Origin: Burkholderiales bacterium
Lineage (GTDB): Bacteria > Pseudomonadota > Gammaproteobacteria > Burkholderiales > SG8-41
DNA length: 64,000 nucleotides
Direction of reading: 5' to 3'
Assembly (NCBI GenBank): GCA_036262035.1
Contig: DATAJS010000011.1
Coordinates: 36,826-100,825, forward strand
Translations under genes and position numbers: made by a program
Notes under the pieces: model-generated
What the model was told of the DNA's origin: nothing
The model's input: the letters and a program-made list of their open reading frames with translations, nothing else
Databases searched by the model: none
Shown: positions 43,204-53,082 of the stretch, piece by piece
Position numbering within the stretch: the stretch's first letter is position 1
Layout of the letters: the number at the start of each line of letters is the position of its first letter

Positions 43204-44586
43204 TCAGCTACGCCGCGCGCGCAGGAGCGACGACAGTGCGCGGGTGCGCGTCGACGCGTCGATGTTCTCGACGAGCCTCACGATGGCGGCCGCATCGCCG
43301 ACGGGCGCGAATGCCGCGAGCCGCGTGAGCTTGTCGACGACTTCGCGGTACGTGCAGGGGTCAGCGGGCGTGCCGTGCGGATCGTAGGTCGACGCTTCGC
43401 GAACCTCGCCGTCGTCGAGCCGGATGCGCACCTTCGTGCCGAACTGCCTGGGGAACACCGCTTCGCTCGCGTCGTCGACCGTGACCTCCACGCGCTGCGC
43501 AAAAGCCAGGCGCGCGGCATCGGTGAACGCGGCGCGCTCGAACTGCGCCGGGTCTTTCGGATCGCTTTCGAGCGCGACCGCCGCGCAGTACGGGATGCTG
43601 TATTGGGCCTCGCCTGAATCCGCGGGCAGCGGGTTGGCGTTGTTCTTCACCGCGAACGCGCTGGTACCGACGGTCACCTTCCGCACCCGGTCGAGCGGGA
43701 TCGGCACGGGCCCGCGGAGGTCGAGCACGAGCTGCATGAGCCCCTGGATCCAGCCGCACACCGGGAAGACCTTGATCCACGTCTCGTCGATCGCCCAGCG
43801 CTCGCCGAGACCGCTCCAGAGTTGCGCAGGCTGCGCGCTCTTGCCTGAAAACACTTCGAGCAAGCCGTAACGGCCGTCGATCGCGGCGCGCGGGGCGTTG
43901 AATCCGTCCTGCGCGAGCATCGCCATGCGCACGCCCGATTCCGCCGAGCGCCCGCCGTGGATGCCTTTGACCATCGCGCCGCCGCTGCCGCCGGCGTAGC
44001 TCTTGATGCCCGAGGCGGTGGAGCAGGCGAGGCCGACGGCGCTTACCAACGCGTCCCGCGACAGTCCCATCACCGCACCGGCTGCAATCGCCGCTGCGAC
44101 CGGCCCGGCGACGCTCGTCTTGTGGAAGCCGCGATGCGAGGGCTCGGTGCCCAGCGCCAGCCCCAGCCGTGCGATCGCCTCGTAACCGATGACGATGCCG
44201 CGCAGCAGCGTCTCCGCGCTCGCATCGACGTGCTCCGCCGCGGCGAGCGCCGCCGGCACGATCACGGTGCCCGGATGGATCATCGCCGCCGACAGCAGGT
44301 CGTCGATCTCGAATGCGTGCACCGTCGTACCGTTGGCGAGCGCGGCCTGCGCGGGCGCGACGGTCACGTCGGAGCCGAACAGCGTGCACTCGCCCTGCGA
44401 GCGATCGGCGAGCACGTTGTGCGACATGATGCGGCCCGCATCCTGCTGCGAACCGAACAGGCCGCAGCCGAGCGCATCGAGCAGGCACACCTTGGCGCGG
44501 TCGATGATCGATTGCGGAATCGGCGGCGTCGATGCGCAGAACTCGATGAGGCGCAAGGCGGCGCCGGTGGTGGTGGTGTCGTTCAT
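43204..44586 (-). CDS. MmgE/PrpD-family protein
   Basis: 460 aa from ATG 44586 in ORF 43204..46665. ATGA overlap with the upstream PrpD paralogue. LLDALGCGLFG, AFEIDD, HPGTVIVPAALA. Confidence 0.88.
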   Translation of the reverse strand: MNDTTTTGAALRLIEFCASTPPIPQSIIDRAKVCLLDALGCGLFGSQQDAGRIMSHNVLADRSQGECTLFGSDVTVAPAQAALANGTTVHAFEIDDLLSAAMIHPGTVIVPAALAAAEHVDASAETLLRGIVIGYEAIARLGLALGTEPSHRGFHKTSVAGPVAAAIAAGAVMGLSRDALVSAVGLACSTASGIKSYAGGSGGAMVKGIHGGRSAESGVRMAMLAQDGFNAPRAAIDGRYGLLEVFSGKSAQPAQLWSGLGERWAIDETWIKVFPVCGWIQGLMQLVLDLRGPVPIPLDRVRKVTVGTSAFAVKNNANPLPADSGEAQYSIPYCAAVALESDPKDPAQFERAAFTDAARLAFAQRVEVTVDDASEAVFPRQFGTKVRIRLDDGEVREASTYDPHGTPADPCTYREVVDKLTRLAAFAPVGDAAAIVRLVENIDASTRTRALSSLLRARRS

Positions 44587-45965
44587 TCGTCGTTCCAGGC
44601 AAGTGACTCGAAAAGCTCGTCGAGCGTCGCGGCCTGGTCGAGGCGCCACACGTGCTCGATGACGCGCTGGCACGCGCCGCGATCGAGCACGCCGTCGGCG
44701 AGATCGAAGAGCTTGCGCTCGATGTCGGCGTCGCCGACGCGGTTCTGCGGATGACCGGGCGGATATCGGTGGAGCTTGGTGACCTCGCGCCCGTCGCGCA
44801 AGCGCACCGCCACGCCGCCGCCCGACGAGCCGGGATACAGCGCGGTCAGCGCGGCATCTTCCTCGATGCGGATCTTGCGGATCAGGCTCGCGACGTCGGC
44901 CGAGGCGATGCGCCCGGCACTGAACTGCGCGTGGCCGCACTCGCGGTCGAGCAGCGCGACCGCGACGCAGTAATGGAGGCTGTGATCGGCGGTCTCCTTG
45001 TCGCGAGGCGCGAGCTTGGCGGGATCGTTCGCCGCTTTCTTCGCGGTGACGCGCGGCAGCGTGACGATCACGCTCTCGATGTTCTCGAGCTGGGAGCGAT
45101 CGAGCGCAAGATCGATCGCCGCCTGTATCGGCGCCATCGCGCCGGCGACCGCCGGATAGGGCTTGATGCAGCTTTTTGTGATGCGGTAGTCGCCTTGAAG
45201 AGGCGCGGTGAGCGCCGCGTAATCGATGGCGCCGGCGACCGCTTTCTCCCAGCCCGCCGCGCCTTCGAAGACTTTCGAAGGTCCGGTGAGTCCCGCCGCG
45301 GCGAGGAGAGCAGCCTCCACGGCGCCTTTGGCGATGAAGGCCTCGGCGGTCGCTTTCATGAGCGGGATGTCGCCGCGCTGCGCCTGAGCGAGGGTGTTGA
45401 GGTGGCTGGCGGCGAGCGCGATCGCGTTCGCAGTCACCTGCGGATCGTCGCTCAACAGGCGTCCGGCCAGTGCCGCTGTAGAGAACTGCACGTGCGTCGC
45501 GGTGTGCCAGCCGCGACCCGAGATGCCGGGCTCCCGCACCGCGTCGCACAGCCGCATCTGCACTTCGTAACCCGCGACGATGGCCGAGAGCGCATCGCGT
45601 CCGCTGCGTCGCAGGCGCTGCACGAGCGCGAGCGCGGGCGGTATGTTGCTGCTCGGGTGCGCCGAATCGGCGCCGAAGTAATAGTCGTTGCTGTCGAGAT
45701 AGCGGATGAGGGTGCCGTTCACCAGCGCCGCGAGCGGTGCGGAGGTCTTCCAGCGCGCGCCGATCACGCTCGCTTCGGGCGTGCCGCCGAGCTCGCGCGC
45801 GACGCGGCGCACGATCACCGCAGGCTCGCTCGCATGCGCGCCGATCGCGCACGCCAGCGTATCGAGCACGAAGCGCTTCGCTTCGTGGATCACTTCGCGC
45901 GGCAGCGCGTCCGCGTCCATGTCGTGAACGAATCGCGCGATTTGCTCGCGCACGCTGTCGGCCAT
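44583..45965 (-). CDS. MmgE/PrpD-family protein
   Basis: 460 aa from ATG 45965 (GGAGG SD) in ORF 44583..46022. VLDTLACAIGA, YLDSNDYY, HPSSNIPPALA. Confidence 0.88.
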   Translation of the reverse strand: MADSVREQIARFVHDMDADALPREVIHEAKRFVLDTLACAIGAHASEPAVIVRRVARELGGTPEASVIGARWKTSAPLAALVNGTLIRYLDSNDYYFGADSAHPSSNIPPALALVQRLRRSGRDALSAIVAGYEVQMRLCDAVREPGISGRGWHTATHVQFSTAALAGRLLSDDPQVTANAIALAASHLNTLAQAQRGDIPLMKATAEAFIAKGAVEAALLAAAGLTGPSKVFEGAAGWEKAVAGAIDYAALTAPLQGDYRITKSCIKPYPAVAGAMAPIQAAIDLALDRSQLENIESVIVTLPRVTAKKAANDPAKLAPRDKETADHSLHYCVAVALLDRECGHAQFSAGRIASADVASLIRKIRIEEDAALTALYPGSSGGGVAVRLRDGREVTKLHRYPPGHPQNRVGDADIERKLFDLADGVLDRGACQRVIEHVWRLDQAATLDELFESLAWNDE

Positions 45966-46038
45966 CCAACCTCCATCGATTTTTCGAGCGGCCACGAACG
46001 CTAACATATCCGGCACGCCCAAAAACGAGGAGAAGACC

Positions 46039-47004
46039 TTGAAGCCGTTCGCCTACGCAGCCATCGCGACATCGTTGTCGCTGCTTTTCACCGATGCGGG
46101 GGCGCAGAGCTATCCGTCGAAGCCGCTGCGCATCGTCCTTCCGGTGCCGCCGGGCGGCGTCGCCGACGTCGCGGCGCGGCCGCTCGCGCACGACATGACC
46201 CAGATCCTCGGGCAGCAGGTCATCCTCGATTACAGGCCCGGCGCCACCGGTGCGATCGGCATCGGCGTCGCCGCCAAATCGCCCGCGGACGGCTACACGC
46301 TGTTGTGGGGATCGACGAACACGATGTGCATGGGACCCGCGTATTACGGCAAGACGCCGCCCATCGGCGAGTTCACGGCGATCACACCGGTGATCGTCTT
46401 TCACAACGTCCTCGTCGTGCATCCCGCGCTGCCGGCGCGAACCACGCAGCAGCTCGTGAAGCTCGCGAAGGCGCGCGCGGAAAAGCTCAACTTCGGTTCC
46501 GCGGGAACGGGCAGCGTCAACCATCTCACCGCCGGCATGTTCGAGCATCTCACCGGGGTGAAGGTGAACCACGTGGCGTACAAGGGCGGCGGCCCCGCGC
46601 TCACCGACGTCATGGGCGGCCACGTCGACGGGATGTTCGCGACCAGCCCTTCGGCGGTGACGCACCTCAAGTCCGGCAAGCTCAAGGCGCTGATGATCAC
46701 GAGCGAGAAGCGCGTGGCGGCCTTGCCGGAAGTCCCGAGCGCGCCCGAGGCCGGCATACCGGGGCTCGTCGTGGCGACGTGGAACGGCGTGTTCGCGCCC
46801 GCGGGCACCCCGCCCGCGATCGTCGGCCAGCTCAATACGACCATCGTCAAGGCAGCGGGCGGCAAGGACATGACCGACCGCATGACGAGCGTGGCGGCGC
46901 AGGTCTACACGCTCGCGCCGGAGAAGTTCGGCGCGGTGGTGCGCGACGACTATGCCAGGTGGGCGGCGGTCGTGAAAGCGACCGGCATCAAGGGCGGCGA
47001 ATAG
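46039..47004 (+). CDS. Bug/TctC-family periplasmic solute-binding protein
   Basis: TTG start 6 nt after GAGGAG. MKPFAYAAIATSLSLLFTDAGA, YPSKPLRIV, DYRPGATG, ADGYT, VAYKGG. Confidence 0.88.
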   Translation: MKPFAYAAIATSLSLLFTDAGAQSYPSKPLRIVLPVPPGGVADVAARPLAHDMTQILGQQVILDYRPGATGAIGIGVAAKSPADGYTLLWGSTNTMCMGPAYYGKTPPIGEFTAITPVIVFHNVLVVHPALPARTTQQLVKLAKARAEKLNFGSAGTGSVNHLTAGMFEHLTGVKVNHVAYKGGGPALTDVMGGHVDGMFATSPSAVTHLKSGKLKALMITSEKRVAALPEVPSAPEAGIPGLVVATWNGVFAPAGTPPAIVGQLNTTIVKAAGGKDMTDRMTSVAAQVYTLAPEKFGAVVRDDYARWAAVVKATGIKGGE

Positions 47005-47007
47005 GGC

Positions 47008-47973
47008 TCACTCGTAGAGCGGCGCGGTGCGCGTGAGCTCGTCGCGATCGAAGTCGGCGCCTTTCATCGCGCGCAGCACCTGTCCCACCTTCACGTGCGG
47101 CGCGAGGATGCCGAGGAAGGCTTCGATCGCCGGCGTGAGATAGCCGTTCTTGCGGCACACCAGGGTGAGCACGCCCGACGGGAAGAGGTGATCGGCTTTC
47201 AGCGCGACGAGGCGCGCGTCGCGCTTTTCATCGAACGCCGCGCGTGCGATGACCGCGACGCCCATCCCGATCTCGACGTACGACTTGCACACGTCGGCGT
47301 CGGTGCCGCTGCACACGATGCGCGGCGTCAGGCCCGCGGCCTCGAACTGCTCCATGAGCGTCGAGCGCCCGCTGAACGACACCGGATACGCGATGATCGG
47401 ATGCTTCGCGAGCTGCGCGAGCGTGAGCTTCTTCATCTCGGTGAGCGGGTGCCCCTGCGGGACGATCACGCAGCGCGGAAGCTTGTAGATCGGGATCGTC
47501 ACCACCGATTCGGAGGCTTTCTCACTCGTGACGATGCCGATGTCGGCGTCGCCCGCGGCGATGATCGCGCGGCACTGCGCCGGGTCCGACTGCTGGAGCG
47601 AGAGCGAGACCTGAGGAAACTTCTCGCTGAAGCGCTTGATCACCGACGGCAGCAGATACCGCGCGTAGACGTGTGTCGTCGCGATGCGGATCTCGCCGGG
47701 CGCCTCGAAGCTGCGGCCGCTGCTGATCTCGCGCAGCTCCTTCACCGCGTTCCTCATGCGCAATGCGATCGCGAGCACTTTCTCGCCGTCGAGCGTGAGC
47801 CCCACGACCTTGTTGCGCGTGCGCACGAAGATCTGCACGCCCAGCTCGAGCTCGAGCTCCTTCACCTGGCGCGACAGCGCCGATTGCGACTTGCCGAGCG
47901 ACTCCGCCGCGGTCGAAATGCTGTAGCGCGTGCGGGCGATGGCGTAGACGCCTTCGAGCTGTTCGAGATACAT
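47008..47973 (-). CDS. LysR-family transcriptional regulator (CysB-like subgroup)
   Basis: 321-aa ORF. HTH YSISTAAESLGKSQSALSRQVKELELELG. Divergent from the 48073 cluster. Confidence 0.9.
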   Translation of the reverse strand: MYLEQLEGVYAIARTRYSISTAAESLGKSQSALSRQVKELELELGVQIFVRTRNKVVGLTLDGEKVLAIALRMRNAVKELREISSGRSFEAPGEIRIATTHVYARYLLPSVIKRFSEKFPQVSLSLQQSDPAQCRAIIAAGDADIGIVTSEKASESVVTIPIYKLPRCVIVPQGHPLTEMKKLTLAQLAKHPIIAYPVSFSGRSTLMEQFEAAGLTPRIVCSGTDADVCKSYVEIGMGVAVIARAAFDEKRDARLVALKADHLFPSGVLTLVCRKNGYLTPAIEAFLGILAPHVKVGQVLRAMKGADFDRDELTRTAPLYE

Positions 47974-47981
47974 CGACCCCT

Positions 47982-48037
47982 CCGGTATGCACGCCGATCA
48001 TAGCAGTATGCGTCGCGTTGTATTGAGCGCATACCGG
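47982..48037. promoter_or_regulatory. candidate LysR operator region: three GTATGC half-sites
   Basis: CCGGTATGC (47982-47990), GTATGC (48006-48011) and inverted GCATACCGG (48029-48037) in the 99-nt divergent region. Confidence 0.3.
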
Positions 48038-48072
48038 CCGCGCCCTAACATCGGTCGCGAGGAGGAGGGACC

Positions 48073-48882
48073 ATGCAGGAGCCGCAAGGGCTGCCCACGT
48101 ACGAGGTTTTCGCGGTGCGCTACGCCGAGCGCGACGGCTGGCGGCGCAACGCTTTCCAGGGCGGCGATCCGCACGACGGACCGCTCGGCATGGATTACTT
48201 CGTGTGGGCGATCCGCAACGCCGAGCGCACCTACGTCGTCGATCTCGGTTTCACCGAGGCGATCGCCGCCAAGCGCAAGCGCAACTACATCCGCTCGCCG
48301 CGCACCGGCCTCGCGATGATCGGCGTCGATGCCGCGACGGTGACCGACGTCGTCATCAGTCACATGCACTACGACCACGTCGGCACCTACGCCGACTTCC
48401 CGCAGGCGCGCTTCCACGTGCAGGAAGACGAGATGGATTACGCCACGGGCAAGTACATGAAGTACGGGCGCTTTCGCCATGGTTACGAAGTCGACGACGT
48501 CGTCGGCATGGTGCGTCTCGTCTACGACCAGCGCGTGCAGTTCCACGACGGCGCGGACGAGATCGCCCCCGGCATCAGCGTCCATCGCATCGGCGGACAC
48601 ACCCAGGGCTGCCAGTGCGTGCGCGTGCACACACAGCGCGGCTGGGTGGTGCTCGCCTCCGATTGCAGCCATTACTACGAGAACTTCGAGAAGAACCGTC
48701 CGTATTCGTCGCTGTTCAACGTCGGCGAGCAGGCCGACGGCTTCGAGACCATGCGCAGGCTCGCAAGCAGCGAGCGCCATATCGTCCCGGGCCACGACCC
48801 GCTGGTGATGAAGCGCTATCCCGCGGCGGCGAAAGAGCTCGACGGCATCGTCGTGCGTCTCGACGTCGAGCCGGGAGAGTGA
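48073..48882 (+). CDS. MBL-fold metallo-hydrolase (N-acyl-homoserine-lactonase-like)
   Basis: GGAGGAGGGA SD. HMHYDH (HxHxDH) zinc motif. 269 aa. Confidence 0.85.
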   Translation: MQEPQGLPTYEVFAVRYAERDGWRRNAFQGGDPHDGPLGMDYFVWAIRNAERTYVVDLGFTEAIAAKRKRNYIRSPRTGLAMIGVDAATVTDVVISHMHYDHVGTYADFPQARFHVQEDEMDYATGKYMKYGRFRHGYEVDDVVGMVRLVYDQRVQFHDGADEIAPGISVHRIGGHTQGCQCVRVHTQRGWVVLASDCSHYYENFEKNRPYSSLFNVGEQADGFETMRRLASSERHIVPGHDPLVMKRYPAAAKELDGIVVRLDVEPGE

Positions 48883-48884
48883 GC

Positions 48885-50297
48885 ATGGCCGCAGTCCTCG
48901 AAGCGGTACGCACGCCCGAGCCTTTACAGGCTTCGATCTCGACGACGCTGTCCGGGCACTTCCTCGGCCTGCGCTATGCGCGCCTGCCCGAAGACTCCCG
49001 CAAAGCGGTGAAGCGCCTGCTCCTCGACTATCTCGGCGTCGCCATCGGCGGCAGCGCGAGCGAGAGCGGGGCGATCGCTCGCGAGCTCGTGAAGCACGAC
49101 GGCGGCACGCCGGAAGCGACCGTGATCGGCGACAGCGTGCGATTGCCCGCAGGCGCCGCGGCGTTCGCCAACGCCATCGCCTCGCACAGCCTCGAGCTCG
49201 ACGACATCGACGTGCTGGCCAATTTCCATTTCAGCCCGCCGGTGTTCTCGACCGCGCTCGCCGCCGCGGAAGTCGCCGGTGCGAACGGCAAGCAGCTCCT
49301 CGCCGCGCTCGCGGCGGGCTGCGAGATGATGGAGCGCGTGAGCCGCGCCGCCAATCCTTCCCTGCGCGAGCGCAACTATCACACCACGCCGACGTGCGGC
49401 GTGTTCGGCGCGACGGTCGCCGCGGCGAAGCTGCTGGGGCTGCCCGCGAAGAAGCTCGTATCGGCCATCGGCCTCGCCGGCGCGCAGGCTTCGGGCGTGC
49501 TCGAGTTCCAGGGGCCTTCGATGCAGAAGCGCTTCGGCCCCGGGCCTGCCGCGCGCGGCGCGATCACCGCGGTGCGCATGGCGGCGCTCGGCTATACCGG
49601 CCAGGCCTACATCTTCGAAGGCCGGCGCGGTTTCCTGAAGGCCTACACCGACGCCGCGGACATGAGCGAGCTGACCGCGGATCTCGACAGGCCCTATCGC
49701 CTCGACATCGAATTCAAGCCGTACGCCTGCGCGCGGCCGATCCACAACGCGATCGATTGCGCGCTAGACCTCCGGAGCAAGCATGCGCCCGATCTCGCGC
49801 GCGTGGAGCGCATCGAGGTCGCGCGCCATCCCTTCTGGGTGAGCAAGCACGGCGAGAAGGCGCCGAAGAACTTTCACGCGGCTCAGTTGAGCCTGCCGTA
49901 TTCGGTGGCGGTCGCGCTCAAGGAAGGGCGTGCGCTGCTCGCGCAATACACCGACCGGCATCTGCGCGACGCGACCATACAGCGGCTCATGAGCCGCACG
50001 TTCATCACCGTGGACGAGACGCTGCCGAGAGGCGTGTCGTGCCGCATGACGATGAAGCTCGACGACGATCGCCGGCTAGTGTCGCAGGTCGACTATCCCA
50101 AAGGGTCGATCCAGGTCCCGATGTCGGACGCCGAGCTCGAAGAAAAATTCATGACGCTGGCGGAGCCGGTCGTCGGGCCATCGAACGCGGAGCGCATCGT
50201 CGATCTCGTCGCGCGCATCCATGCGTGCGAGGACGCCGGCGAGCTCATGCGTCTCACGCGCAAGGCGGGGAACCGTAAGGGCGCCCGCAGGCGCTGA
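48885..50297 (+). CDS. MmgE/PrpD-family protein
   Basis: ATG 48885 (GGGAGAG SD) in ORF 48204..50297. LLDYLGVAIGG, SLELDD, FSPPVFSTALA. Confidence 0.88.
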   Translation: MAAVLEAVRTPEPLQASISTTLSGHFLGLRYARLPEDSRKAVKRLLLDYLGVAIGGSASESGAIARELVKHDGGTPEATVIGDSVRLPAGAAAFANAIASHSLELDDIDVLANFHFSPPVFSTALAAAEVAGANGKQLLAALAAGCEMMERVSRAANPSLRERNYHTTPTCGVFGATVAAAKLLGLPAKKLVSAIGLAGAQASGVLEFQGPSMQKRFGPGPAARGAITAVRMAALGYTGQAYIFEGRRGFLKAYTDAADMSELTADLDRPYRLDIEFKPYACARPIHNAIDCALDLRSKHAPDLARVERIEVARHPFWVSKHGEKAPKNFHAAQLSLPYSVAVALKEGRALLAQYTDRHLRDATIQRLMSRTFITVDETLPRGVSCRMTMKLDDDRRLVSQVDYPKGSIQVPMSDAELEEKFMTLAEPVVGPSNAERIVDLVARIHACEDAGELMRLTRKAGNRKGARRR

Positions 50298-50306
50298 GGA
50301 GGAGCA

Positions 50307-51293
50307 GTGAACTTCAGGAGGAGCATCGTGCGCATGGGCATCGCCGCCGCATGCGGCGCGGCCGCTTGCAGCGGAACAGCAGGGGCGGCGCAGGCGTTTC
50401 CATCACAGCCGGTGCGCATCGTCGGCGCGAACCCCGCGGGCGGCGCGGCCGACGTCAACGCGCGCCGCCTCGCCGAACGCCTGAGCCGAAAATGGGGGCA
50501 GACTGTCGTGGTGCAGAACCTCCCCGGCGCCGGCGGCAGCGTCGCCGCGTCGACGGTGGCGAACGCAACGCCGAACGGGCACACCATACTCTTCGCGTTC
50601 CATCCGATGCTCGCAGTCAACCCGATCCTGTACTCGGATCTGCCGTTCGACGCCGACAAGGATTTCGCTTCGGCGATCTTCATCAGCAAGACGCCGCACG
50701 TCCTGCTGGTCAATCCGTCGCTGCCGGCGAAAACGGTGTCCGACCTCATCGCGCTGGCGCGCGCGAAACCCGGCACGTTCAACTTCGGCTCGGGCGGCGC
50801 GGGCTCGTCCACGCATCTCGCGGGCGAGCTCCTCAAGGCGCGGGCCAACGTCGAGCTGACCCACGTGCCGTACAAAGGCGGCGCGCCCGCCGCGGCGGCG
50901 CTGATGGGCAACGAGATCCAGATCCTGTTCGACGCGACGCTCACCGCGGTCGGTCACATCAAGAGCGGGCGCCTCAAGGGACTGGCGATCGCCAGCGCGT
51001 CCCGCGCGCAGTCGATACCCGACGTGCCGACGTTCGCAGAGAGCGGCCTGCCGGGTTTCGAGTCGAACATCGGGCATGGGCTCGTGGTGCCGGCGAAGAC
51101 GCCGAAGAGCGTGATCGCCGCGATCAACGCCGCCGCGAACGAAGCGATCAAGGATCCCGAATACTTCAACAGCATGAGCGCCTCGGGCGCGCAGGTGATG
51201 GGCGGCCCGCCGTCGTCGTTCAGCGATTTCCTCGTCGCCGAGCGCAGGAAGTGGACGCCGATCCTCAAGAAACTCGCCATCAAGGCGAACTGA
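50307..51293 (+). CDS. Bug/TctC-family periplasmic solute-binding protein
   Basis: GTG 50307 after GAGGAGGAG. An alternative GTG at 50328 follows a second AGGAGGAG. FPSQPVRIV, QNLPGAGG, PNGHT, VPYKGG. Confidence 0.85.
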   Translation: MNFRRSIVRMGIAAACGAAACSGTAGAAQAFPSQPVRIVGANPAGGAADVNARRLAERLSRKWGQTVVVQNLPGAGGSVAASTVANATPNGHTILFAFHPMLAVNPILYSDLPFDADKDFASAIFISKTPHVLLVNPSLPAKTVSDLIALARAKPGTFNFGSGGAGSSTHLAGELLKARANVELTHVPYKGGAPAAAALMGNEIQILFDATLTAVGHIKSGRLKGLAIASASRAQSIPDVPTFAESGLPGFESNIGHGLVVPAKTPKSVIAAINAAANEAIKDPEYFNSMSASGAQVMGGPPSSFSDFLVAERRKWTPILKKLAIKAN

Positions 51294-51306
51294 CAAGGAG
51301 ACGAAC

Positions 51307-52062
51307 ATGGAACTGGGCATCAAGGGCAAGACCGCGATCGTCACCGGCGCGAGCCAGGGCCTCGGACGCGCCATCGCGAAAGGCCTCGCGGCCGAAGGCG
51401 TCAAATGCGTGATCGTCGCGCGCCGCATGAACCTGCTCGAGGAGCTCCAGCAGGAGATCGTCGCCGAGAAAGGCGAGCGCCCGATCCCGCTCCAGGCCGA
51501 TCTCTATCCGGACGACGCCGCCGACCGCATCGCCGAGCGTGCGCTCAAGGAGCTCGGGCACATCGACATCCTCGCCAATGCCGCGGGCGGCAGCCGGCCG
51601 TTGCCGGTCGGCGCCGCCAAGGACGCGTGGTCGGAAGGTCTCACCCTCAACTTCTTCCGGTTGCGCGAGCTCACCGAAGCCTGCATCCCGAGCATGACCC
51701 AAGGCCGCTACGGCCGCGTCATCAATCTCACCGGCACGCGCGAGCCGCGCAACCTCAACGCGGCGCATGCCGCGAAAGCGGCGGTGCACGTGTGGTCGAA
51801 GGGGCTCTCCAAGGTGGTCGCGCGCGACGGCATCACGGTGAACTGCATACAGCCCGGCAAGCTGCGCAGCGAGCAGATCGACAAGCGCTGGCCGACCGAG
51901 GAATCGCGCAACGAATGGGCGCAGAAGGAAGTGCCGGTCGGGCGCATGGGCGAGCCGCACGAGCTCGCGGACCTCGCGGTGTTCCTGTCCAGCCCACGCG
52001 CGAGCTACATCACCGGCAACATCATCGCGTTCGACGGCGGCGCGCGCTTCTTCGCGTTCTGA
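51307..52062 (+). CDS. SDR-family oxidoreductase, atypical (no Tyr at the YxxxK position by eye)
   Basis: AIVTGASQGLG Rossmann motif and LANAAGG. The expected YxxxK region reads NAAHAAKAAV. Confidence 0.8.
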   Translation: MELGIKGKTAIVTGASQGLGRAIAKGLAAEGVKCVIVARRMNLLEELQQEIVAEKGERPIPLQADLYPDDAADRIAERALKELGHIDILANAAGGSRPLPVGAAKDAWSEGLTLNFFRLRELTEACIPSMTQGRYGRVINLTGTREPRNLNAAHAAKAAVHVWSKGLSKVVARDGITVNCIQPGKLRSEQIDKRWPTEESRNEWAQKEVPVGRMGEPHELADLAVFLSSPRASYITGNIIAFDGGARFFAF

Positions 52063-52106
52063 CCTAACATGTAGCTCAAACCCACCAAGAATATTGCGAG
52101 GAGCTG

Positions 52107-53081
52107 ATGCGCTGTGTCACGTACGCGGCCGCCGCCGCGAGCCTTTTGTCGCCGTGTATGGCGCTCGCGCAGAGCGCCGCACCGTATCCGGGCAAACCCG
52201 TTCGCATGGTGGTCACGTTCACGCCCGGCGGTGCGACCGACGTCATCGGCCGCATCGTCGCGCAGAAGCTCGGCGAGCTGTGGGGGCAGCAGGTCATCGT
52301 CGACAATCGTCCGGGCACCGGCGGCGCGCTCGGCACCGAGCTCGTCGCCAAGTCCCCGCCGGACGGCTACACGATCGTGCTGTCGAGCTTCGGCCCGATG
52401 GCGATCGCGCCGTACGTCTATCACAAGCTCGCCTATGACCCGGTGAAGGATCTCGCGCCGATCACGCTGGCGGCGACGAGCTGGTACTTCATGGCCGTGA
52501 CGCCGTCGCTGCCGGTGAAGAGCGTCAGGGAATTCATCGCGCTCGCCAAGTCGCGGCCGGGCGAGATCACCTACTCGTCCTCGGGCAACGCGAGCCCGAC
52601 GCATCTGTCGGGCGCGCTGTTCGCGCAGAGCGCGGGCATCAAGCTCACCCACGTTCCTTACAAGGGCGCCGCGCCGGGCATCGCGGCCGTGGTTTCGGGC
52701 GAAGTGCAGATGGCGATCGAAAGCCCGCCGCCGATCGTGCCTCAGGTGAAGGCCGGCAAGCTGCGCGCGCTCGCTGCCGCGCGCCGCGAGCGCTCACCGC
52801 TGCTGCCGGACGTGCCGACCATGACCGAAGCGGGACTGAAAGGTTTCGAAGCCGGATCGTGGTACGGTTTCCACGCACCCGCCGGCACGCCCAAGGCGAT
52901 CATCGACAAGCTGCACGCGGACATGGTGAAGATCATGGCGCTGCCGGACGTGCGCCAGGGCTTCGCAAACGTCGGCGGAGAGACGATCGCGAATACCCCG
53001 GCGCAATACGGCGCTTTCGTCGAAAGCGAGCTCAGGAAATGGGGCGGCGTCATCAAATCGACCGGGATCAAGGTGGACTGA
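52107..53081 (+). CDS. Bug/TctC-family periplasmic solute-binding protein (cassette A)
   Basis: GAGGAG SD. YPGKPVRMVVTFTPGGATD, DNRPGTGG, PDGYT, VPYKG. Close paralogue of 55266..56234. Confidence 0.9.
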   Translation: MRCVTYAAAAASLLSPCMALAQSAAPYPGKPVRMVVTFTPGGATDVIGRIVAQKLGELWGQQVIVDNRPGTGGALGTELVAKSPPDGYTIVLSSFGPMAIAPYVYHKLAYDPVKDLAPITLAATSWYFMAVTPSLPVKSVREFIALAKSRPGEITYSSSGNASPTHLSGALFAQSAGIKLTHVPYKGAAPGIAAVVSGEVQMAIESPPPIVPQVKAGKLRALAAARRERSPLLPDVPTMTEAGLKGFEAGSWYGFHAPAGTPKAIIDKLHADMVKIMALPDVRQGFANVGGETIANTPAQYGAFVESELRKWGGVIKSTGIKVD

Positions 53082-53082
53082 C

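Noticed and set aside
44587-46665. Upstream 690 aa of track ORF 43204..46665, and similar long leaders of ORFs 635..2692, 11798..15151, 7983..10343, 25424..27568, 28779..30671, 34850..37282 and 41407..43170
   Set aside because: Only the C-terminal portions, downstream of an ATG/GTG with an SD, show family motifs. The leaders are open frames running through neighbouring genes in other frames or strands.
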